A stretch of DNA of 7,025 nucleotides from Promethearchaeota archaeon (GCA_027031765.1 JALVPN010000201.1:1-7025), one strand, 5' to 3'; counted from the first letter of the stretch, positions 1 to 5,824 are shown. Program-made: numbers and translations. Notes: generated from the sequence alone by a model not told the origin.

Positions 1-1
1 C

Positions 2-445
2 GGTATTGGCGTCCGCCTTGTTTCCGAGCCGGCGGACATCGAGCACATCTACGACCTGTTGAAGTTCCACCTCAGGGCCAACCAACAGGGTGCATTCATG
101 CTCCAGGAGTACGTCCACAACTCGGGCTTTGATATCCGGGCGCTCGTGGTCTGTGACCGTCTGGTGGCGAGCATGCAGCGTGTGCGACACGGTGCCTTTC
201 CCACGAACATCCACCAGGGCGGTGTGCCACGGCCCAACGACAGGGATGTCAGTGAGCTGGCAGTGGCTGCGTCCAGGGCCGTCGGGGCCGTCATCGCTGG
301 CGTTGACCTGATCCCTGATGCTGACGGCAGGCTGTGGCTGCTCGAAGTGAACGGTACCCCTGCATGGGAGGGCCTCCAGTCGGTGACCACCACTGACATC
401 ACACACCGCATTGTGGACTCCCTTGTAGGCCTCCTCGACCGGTGA
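2..445 (+). CDS. RimK/LysX-family ATP-grasp ligase (alpha-L-glutamate ligase-like), C-terminal part; 5' end lies outside the window
   Basis: Frame is open from position 2 (GIGVRLVSEPADIEHIYDLLKFH...). It shows ATP-grasp hallmarks: end of the G.GV.L loop, MLQEYV..SGFDIRALVV, TNIHQGG, GVDLI and the catalytic LLEVNGTPAW (E-x-N). Ends at TGA 443-445. The 59..445 call in the ORF track is an internal TTG. Confidence 0.92.
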   Translation, partial: GIGVRLVSEPADIEHIYDLLKFHLRANQQGAFMLQEYVHNSGFDIRALVVCDRLVASMQRVRHGAFPTNIHQGGVPRPNDRDVSELAVAASRAVGAVIAGVDLIPDADGRLWLLEVNGTPAWEGLQSVTTTDITHRIVDSLVGLLDR

Positions 446-694
446 ACATGGCCTGCCCGCCGGGTGCCCATGACCTGTCTGGGGACCGCACTGCACTCTG
501 CCCCGCAGCCCTGTCATGTCCCGGTCTGGCACGGTGCGGCACAGCACATGTCACTACAGGACCCGTCATCGGCCCGAGTGGCCTGTGCCGGGGCTGGTGC
601 GGTGGCCCTCTCAGATGGTCAGCGGGTCGGTCCGCCCTGTGTCCCTGCCGTCCACCAGTCATATGTGGGCCCGGGCCAGTGAGAACGGTCATGA

Positions 695-709
695 GGATAA
701 ACTTTTAAG
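695..709 (+). promoter_or_regulatory. Archaeal-type promoter (BRE + TATA box) for the 832..3591 unit
   Basis: GGATAAAC (purine-rich, BRE-like) followed by TTTTAAG at 703-709. It is the first A/T-run island after about 240 nt lacking AA/TT and lies about 120 nt upstream of the TTG start. Confidence 0.7.
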
Positions 710-739
710 CGACCCTTTGCGGGGGGAGCACACGTCGAA

Positions 740-814
740 GGACTCTGGGGCGTCTTATGACGCCCAATTGAGAGGAATCCGCCCTGTTCAGCAGGGCTGT
801 AAGACGATGTTCTT
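740..814 (+). other. Putative structured 5' leader (tandem hairpins) of the coiled-coil gene
   Basis: Perfect 7-bp stem GGGCGTC-TTAT-GACGCCC (748-765), extendable by CTCT 743-746/AGAG 771-774 and GGA 740-742/TCC 778-780. It abuts a second hairpin GCCCTG(T)-TCA-(G)CAGGGC (781-797). A weak third stem AAGA..TCTT lies at 801-814. Confidence 0.4.
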
Positions 815-831
815 GAGTTGAGGTTCGGAGT

Positions 832-1995
832 TTGACCGAAGCGGCCGAGACCACCACCGAAGACATAGAGTTCCTGCGAGCGCGCCTCAGAGAGCTCAAG
901 AGTCAGGCACGGAGAGACCTCGAGGAACTCCGCAGATACCGCGACAAGATGAGAGAGTACAGGGCAATACGTGACGAGCACAACCGTGAGGTGAGGAGCC
1001 TCATCGAGTCCGTCAAGGCTGAGCGCGAGGCACGCGACCGCATCAATGCCCAGATACAGGAGCTGAAGGAGCGACGTTCGGCTCTGCACAGGCAGCTCAA
1101 AGAGATCTACGATGAGATCAGGGAGCTGCGTGGCAGCATAGTCGGCAGCCCCTCCTCAGACCAGCGTCGTATGATGCGTCGTGTGGAAGAACTCGAGTGG
1201 CGCCAGCAGACAGAACCCCTCACTCTCGAAGAGGAACGTGCCATCGTCGAGGAGATTGCCCGCATCGAGGCGAAGCTTGTCAAGATTGGCCAGGAGAAAG
1301 AGAAACAGGACCGCATCAGCGAGCTCCGCCGGCTGGCACGACGCCTCAAGGACGAGGCCTCGAAGGTCCACCAGCAGGTGCTCGAACTCTCCGAACAGTC
1401 ACAGATACACCACCTGCAGGTGGTACAGTGCCGAACGAAGCTCGAAGAGTACAAGCGTTCTGCCGACACCGCCCACCAGAACTTTGTCGAGTGGCTCAAG
1501 AAGGTCAAGGAGGGCGAGGCACAGCTCAAGAAGCTCCGCGCCGAGATCGCTGAGATTGAGGCCAAGATAAAGAAGTGGGAGGCCGAACACGGCCGCGTCG
1601 ACCGGCGTGCACAGGCCCGGATGGCCGAGTGGGAGCGTGCCCAAGAGGCAGTTGCAAAGCTCGAGTCCGGCAAGCGTCTGACCTTTGACGAGTTCATAAT
1701 CGCACAGCGCTATTCCGAGAGGGCCCGTCGTGAGAAGCGGGCCGGGAGGGGCGCTCGTGAAGAAGAGAGCACTCCTGCTGCTGATGCGACCGAGAGTCCC
1801 GGGGCAGGCGGGTCTGATGCTGGACAGGAGACCGGGGATGCCGACACGGGCCCGGCAGGTGCCGCAGAGCCCACCAGTACGGCGGCGGAGGTCGTCGAAG
1901 GATCCAGTGCCACCAGCACATCAGGGGAGGACGCGGCAGGGCCGGGGTCACCAGCGTCCGGGGACACCACCGGGGAAGACATCAGCGAGGAGTAG
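832..1995 (+). CDS. Archaeal coiled-coil protein (COG1340-like) with a ~93-aa acidic low-complexity C-terminal tail
   Basis: 387 aa, E/K/R/L-rich heptads. Motifs ELEWRQQTEPLTLEEERAIVEEIARIE and AQEAVAKLESGKRLTFDEFII resemble the 'QQT..L..EEE' and C-terminal 'GEKLT.EDL' signatures of COG1340 proteins as recalled. TTG start with GAGG/GGAG upstream. Confidence 0.85.
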   Translation: MTEAAETTTEDIEFLRARLRELKSQARRDLEELRRYRDKMREYRAIRDEHNREVRSLIESVKAEREARDRINAQIQELKERRSALHRQLKEIYDEIRELRGSIVGSPSSDQRRMMRRVEELEWRQQTEPLTLEEERAIVEEIARIEAKLVKIGQEKEKQDRISELRRLARRLKDEASKVHQQVLELSEQSQIHHLQVVQCRTKLEEYKRSADTAHQNFVEWLKKVKEGEAQLKKLRAEIAEIEAKIKKWEAEHGRVDRRAQARMAEWERAQEAVAKLESGKRLTFDEFIIAQRYSERARREKRAGRGAREEESTPAADATESPGAGGSDAGQETGDADTGPAGAAEPTSTAAEVVEGSSATSTSGEDAAGPGSPASGDTTGEDISEE

Positions 1996-2061
1996 GCGGC
2001 CCACATCAGAGGCCCGTCCCCTTGTGGCTGCGGACACCACTGTAGGGCAGGGGGTACGTCT

Positions 2062-3321
2062 GTGAGCAGTGCGAGTCAGAGGCCTGTTGGTCGTCGTTCA
2101 GCAGCACTGGTCTTCTACCTCCTCGCAATGGGCTCTGGCGTGATGCGGACGGTCTCGGTCGTCTTCGATGTGGTGGCACTCAACACGGTGCTCCCCCAGC
2201 CGCTCGCCTTCGGCCTGCTCTCACAGTGGGTGAGCTTTCTCGTCACAGCCACCGCCATTGTGTTCCTCAGTGTCCCGCACACCGTGGACGGACACCGGCG
2301 GGCACTCGGCTACTCCCTAGACCCTGACTTTGGTAGGATTGGCCTCCTGCCACGCCGGCCGCTGGCATACATGGCACTGGCAGGACTGTTTGCAGGTGTG
2401 TCGACGTTCTTCTACTACATCCTTGTCGGTTCCACCGATGCCTCTGCGGTCCTCCCATATGGCCAGCTCGTGCTCGTGTACCTCCTCCTGGGTGACCTCG
2501 TGTCCGAGAAGGACACCCCCACCATTGTCGAGGTGCAGTGCGTCCTGTCCGTCATGATTGGCGTGATGCTCGTCGGCGTGTCACCCGGGGGCTTCGATGT
2601 CATGACGCTGCTCGTCGTCCTGGGGCCCATGAACGTGGCCTCGGCACTGGTGACGTACTTCCAGCGCCAGACAAAGCGGATGGAGGTCGGACCGGGGCTC
2701 CACGTTGACTCCCTGAACATGCGGCTGTGGTCACTGCTCTTCCTGGACCTGACCTTCACGGCCCTCGTGCTCCCACTGCTCGGCCCGTCCGACTATGAGC
2801 TGATGGTCACCAACTTCGTCCCGCTCCTGTGGCTGATGGTCGGCTCCTCCCTGACGATTTTCCTCTCCCTGGTGTTCTACGTCCGCGCCCTCGGCAGGGG
2901 CTCCATGGCCGTTGTGAACTCCCTCGCGTCAGTGTCCGTCGTGCTGGGCCTCCCACTGACCGTGGTCGGTGACCTGTTCCTGCCCGGTGCCTTCGGAGAG
3001 TTGCCTTCCGACCCCTTCACATGGTCGCTCCGCCTCTTCGGCGTCCTCCTCGTGATGATAGGAGTGGTCGCACTGGAGGCTGCCGATGTCCGCTCAATCG
3101 TCCTGATCTCTGTCCGCACCGGGACTGGCGACATCCTGCCCGCGCTCTTTGACATCAAGGGTGTAGAGAAGGCCTCAGCAGTGGCCGGTACCTTCGACTA
3201 CCTGCTGTGCATCAAGAGCCGCAGCCTCGGCAAGACCCGCACCAACATACTCAAGAGGGTGCAGGAAATCGAGGGCGTCATCGAGGTGAGGACGCTCGTC
3301 GTGCTCAGGGACTACCGCTAA
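2062..3321 (+). CDS. EamA/DMT-superfamily 10-TM transporter fused to a C-terminal Lrp/AsnC ligand-binding (RAM) domain
   Basis: Ten hydrophobic segments in two EamA-like repeats (FYYILVGSTDASAVLPYGQL...IGVMLV; FYVRALGRGSMAVVNSLASV...GVLLVMIGVVAL). Residues 343-419 (nt 3088-3318) show the RAM beta-alpha-beta-beta-alpha-beta pattern with G-T-F-D and VQEIEGVIEVRTLVV. GTG start with GGGGGT SD at 2050-2055. Confidence 0.88.
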   Translation: MSSASQRPVGRRSAALVFYLLAMGSGVMRTVSVVFDVVALNTVLPQPLAFGLLSQWVSFLVTATAIVFLSVPHTVDGHRRALGYSLDPDFGRIGLLPRRPLAYMALAGLFAGVSTFFYYILVGSTDASAVLPYGQLVLVYLLLGDLVSEKDTPTIVEVQCVLSVMIGVMLVGVSPGGFDVMTLLVVLGPMNVASALVTYFQRQTKRMEVGPGLHVDSLNMRLWSLLFLDLTFTALVLPLLGPSDYELMVTNFVPLLWLMVGSSLTIFLSLVFYVRALGRGSMAVVNSLASVSVVLGLPLTVVGDLFLPGAFGELPSDPFTWSLRLFGVLLVMIGVVALEAADVRSIVLISVRTGTGDILPALFDIKGVEKASAVAGTFDYLLCIKSRSLGKTRTNILKRVQEIEGVIEVRTLVVLRDYR

Positions 3322-3345
3322 CTGTTCCATGGGGTGAGACTCGAA

Positions 3346-3591
3346 TTGACAGTCATGGCCTACATCCTTATGGTCACCGAAATCGGCCGGACCGATGAGG
3401 TGATAGAACAGCTCCGCCTCGTCAATGAGGCGGTGCGCGTCGCAGTCACCACGGGAGAGTATGATGTCGTCGTGCTCGTGGAAGTGGACGACCTTGCAGC
3501 ACTGTATGATGTCACCGTGCAGCGGATCCACAAGATACCGGGCATAGTCGCCACCACCACCGCCGTCGTCGAGAAGATGATATCGGTGTAG
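3346..3591 (+). CDS. Stand-alone Lrp/AsnC ligand-binding (RAM) domain protein with no HTH (COG1522-type, 'demi-FFRP')
   Basis: (M)TVMAYILMVTEIGRTDEVIEQLRLVNEAVRVAVTTGEYDVVVLVEVDDLAALYDVTVQRIHKIPGIVATTTAVV, with canonical TGEYD and I.KIPGI..T.T motifs. TTG at 3346 is preferred because GGGGTGA (3331-3337) is an SD at correct spacing. Alternative starts are GTG 3334 and ATG 3355. Confidence 0.92.
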   Translation: MTVMAYILMVTEIGRTDEVIEQLRLVNEAVRVAVTTGEYDVVVLVEVDDLAALYDVTVQRIHKIPGIVATTTAVVEKMISV

Positions 3592-3745
3592 GACGCACCG
3601 GACAGCAGGGTGTGGGCCAGCTACCTGACGGTGGGCGACACCTGCCACCTCCTCAGACACAGCCCCCGGATCGGCATACCGGTGAAACCGGCCCAGTCCG
3701 ACCACCGACGACAGCCCCTGCCCCCATGGACTAGATGTATGCTCT

Positions 3746-3762
3746 GTTGTCAACCCTTATTT
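3746..3762 (+). promoter_or_regulatory. Probable BRE/TATA promoter for the ABC transporter pair
   Basis: CAACCC-TTATTT (TATA-like at 3757-3762) is the main A/T-run island in this intergenic region, about 105 nt before ATG 3869. A GTTG-T-CAAC palindrome at 3746-3754 overlaps the BRE position. Confidence 0.5.
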
Positions 3763-3868
3763 GCCCGGTCTGCTGACCAGTGTGGGACTGTGGAGGGCCC
3801 CATACCATGTACCGGCCAGGACAGTACTGACCGCGTCAGACACGGGGCCCGTCTGGTCGTGATGTACC

Positions 3869-4813
3869 ATGGACGAGGTCGTTACAGAGAACCTCTCTAA
3901 GCACTTTGGCGAGACCGTGGCTGTTGACGGCATTGACATGACAGTGCCACAGGGCGCTGTGTTCGGCCTCCTTGGCCCTAACGGTGCCGGCAAGAGCACC
4001 ACGGTGCGGCTCCTCTGCACGCTGCTCCGTCCGACCTCGGGCGGCGCGGTGGTGGCAGGGCACAACATCCTTGAAGAGCCAGTCGAGGTACGCAGGGTCA
4101 CGGGCGTGCTCCCTGAAGAGGGGAGCCACACGGTGTACCCGTCAATGACAGTGTACGAGAACCTCGAGTACTTCGCCCGGCTGTACGGCCTGCCAGAAGA
4201 GACCATCCCAGCTGAGATCGAGCGGCTCCTCAAGTTCATGGAGCTGTGGGAACGTCGCGATGACCGTGCAGGCGAGCTGAGCACCGGCAACCGGCAGCGG
4301 CTGGCGCTCTGTCGTGCGCTCATCCACAGGCCACGTGTACTGCTACTGGACGAGCCCACCGCCTCGCTCGACCCCATTGCCGCAAGACGTGTGCGCGAGC
4401 TCATCCTGCGCCTGTCAAAAGAGTACCAGCAGACGTTCTTCATCAACAGTCACAACCTCGCTGAAGTGCAGCGGGTGTGTGACCACATAGCCATCATCGA
4501 CAATGGGAAGATCCTCCTTGCCGGGCCCACCGACGAGCTCCGGAAACGGCTCCGGGCCCGACAGGTGTTCCGTATCAGGGTGTACGGCGACACCGGTACC
4601 GCCGAAGAGGTGGCATCGACAGCCGAGTTCGTGCACTCGGTGGAACGTGATGCCGACTGCCTCCTCGTGACGGTCGACGACCCGGTGGAGAACAACTCCC
4701 GCCTGATGCGCCTGCTCCTCGATGCAGGTGTCAAGATCGTGGAGTTCGCCGAAGAGGAAGCCACCCTTGAAGACCTGTACCTCCAGGTCGTCCGCGGAGG
4801 GGGTGATGCGTAG
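3869..4813 (+). CDS. ABC-2 type exporter ATP-binding subunit (DrrA/NatA/CcmA-like) with C-terminal extension domain
   Basis: Walker A GPNGAGKST, Q-loop region GVLPEE, signature LSTGNRQ, Walker B VLLLDEP, D-loop TASLDP, H-loop NSH, and C-terminal EEATLEDLYL typical of this subfamily. Confidence 0.96.
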   Translation: MDEVVTENLSKHFGETVAVDGIDMTVPQGAVFGLLGPNGAGKSTTVRLLCTLLRPTSGGAVVAGHNILEEPVEVRRVTGVLPEEGSHTVYPSMTVYENLEYFARLYGLPEETIPAEIERLLKFMELWERRDDRAGELSTGNRQRLALCRALIHRPRVLLLDEPTASLDPIAARRVRELILRLSKEYQQTFFINSHNLAEVQRVCDHIAIIDNGKILLAGPTDELRKRLRARQVFRIRVYGDTGTAEEVASTAEFVHSVERDADCLLVTVDDPVENNSRLMRLLLDAGVKIVEFAEEEATLEDLYLQVVRGGGDA

Positions 4814-5571
4814 TGGACATCCGCAAGTCAATGGTCGTGGCCCGTGCCGACATCAGGATGGCCATGAAGGTCGGATACGTCAAGTACAGCGTCATCGCCC
4901 TCAGTGCCATGGGCCCAGTCATCGCATGCCTGTCCATCATCGGGATCTCGGCGAGCGTACCCGCAGGCGTTGACAAGGTGACGTTGCTCAACATGTTCAT
5001 CCCCCTCGCGGCGGCCCTCCTCACAATGATGTCCATCGTCCCCGCCACCATGATCGCCGCCAACGCACTGGTCGGCGAGCGCGAACAGAATACCCTCGAG
5101 CCACTGCTCGCCACACCCCTCACAGATATCGAACTCGTGGTCGGGAAAATGCTCAGCTCCCTCCTCCCAACCCTCGCAGTACTGTTCTCCGGCACGGCGG
5201 TGTCGTCAGTCGTCGTGTTCTCCGGCACCCTCCTGCTGAGCGGCGACCCGGTGCTCTTCCCCGACCCGCCAGGCCTTTTCCTGATTGCCTGCATCGGGCC
5301 TGTCGTGGCACTCTCCGTCGTGTCCGTCATGATACTGATAAGCAGCAGGGTCAGACGCGTCTACGAGGCATACCAGACCGGCGGCGCAGTCGTGATGCTC
5401 CTCATCATCCCACTGATGCTGCCCATCGCCGGCCTCGAGTCCCCGGCCAGCACCGACTACGTGTGGGGTGTGAACCTCCTGACCTTCCTGCTGGCAGTCC
5501 TGCTTGCTGTGGTGACGTGGGCCATGGCACTCCGTAACTTCAACCGCGACTACATGATATCTCTGCGGTAG
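4813..5571 (+). CDS. ABC-2 type exporter permease (about 6 TM)
   Basis: Hydrophobic 252-aa protein with the ABC-2 motif LVGEREQNTLEPLLATPL...GKML. The GTG start overlaps the ATPase TAG by 1 nt (TAGTG), with SD GGAGGGGGTGA inside the upstream gene, indicating translational coupling. Confidence 0.92.
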   Translation: MDIRKSMVVARADIRMAMKVGYVKYSVIALSAMGPVIACLSIIGISASVPAGVDKVTLLNMFIPLAAALLTMMSIVPATMIAANALVGEREQNTLEPLLATPLTDIELVVGKMLSSLLPTLAVLFSGTAVSSVVVFSGTLLLSGDPVLFPDPPGLFLIACIGPVVALSVVSVMILISSRVRRVYEAYQTGGAVVMLLIIPLMLPIAGLESPASTDYVWGVNLLTFLLAVLLAVVTWAMALRNFNRDYMISLR

Positions 5572-5650
5572 ACCGACTGCAAGGGCGTACCCGGCCGGGT
5601 CCACGGGCCCGGCACGCCCACCGGGGAGGCAGGGACACCTGCCATGAGGC

Positions 5651-5758
5651 TGCACGGCACCTGGTGCATACTGTCCTGCTACGTGATGAGAACGCCCAGT
5701 CCCCGGTCGCATATGTCCGGGAGTGTACGGCACCTGATGCATGCTGTCCTGCCACCTG
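5651..5758. repeat. Two 35-bp imperfect direct repeats (5651-5685 and 5724-5758), 73-nt period
   Basis: tgcacggcacctggtgcatactgtcctgctacgtg vs tgtacggcacctgatgcatgctgtcctgccacctg: 30/35 identical without gaps, separated by 38 nt. Confidence 0.8.
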
Positions 5759-5824
5759 GCTGTCCACTATGCACCAGGGCCCCGACCGGGGCGTGACGAC
5801 CGACTGCGCCACTGTCTGCTGCAG

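Noticed and set aside
442-708. 88-aa Cys-rich ORF (9 Cys) overlapping the ligase stop via GTGA; metallothionein-like at first glance
   Set aside because: P/G/A/C/R-rich with no Glu or Lys, unlike real genes here. It has no SD, and its stop lies inside the TATA box. Long stop-free frames are expected in AA/TT-poor GC-rich DNA because TAA is suppressed.
756-810. Possible SECIS (ATGA...AA...GA) or RNase P-like GAGGAATCC motif in the leader
   Set aside because: No SECIS-length stem between ATGA and GA, and no in-frame TGA candidate gene nearby. The region is too short for RNase P RNA and lacks the 3' P4 partner.
49-1951. Minus-strand and alternate-frame ORFs over the ligase and coiled-coil genes (49..471, 619..1089, 903..1100, 1107..1697, 1197..1553, 1694..1951, etc.)
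   Set aside because: Shadow ORFs of GC-rich coding sequence; S/R-rich translations with no recognisable motifs.
4280-4300. Non-canonical ABC signature LSTGN, and E at the Q-loop, as signs of an inactive ATPase
   Set aside because: LS(T/K)G(N/M/Q) and G.LPEE variants are common in this exporter subfamily. Walker A, Walker B, D-loop and H-loop are intact.
3175-5742. Antisense ORFs 3175..3753, 3757..4446, 4415..4831, 4731..5330 and 5206..5742
   Set aside because: They overlap well-supported RAM, ABC ATPase and permease genes on the opposite strand and have no domain features.
5651-5822. Bona fide CRISPR array call
   Set aside because: Only two diverged repeats, no typical repeat terminus, no leader and no cas genes. 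Kept only as a repeat and a low-confidence finding.
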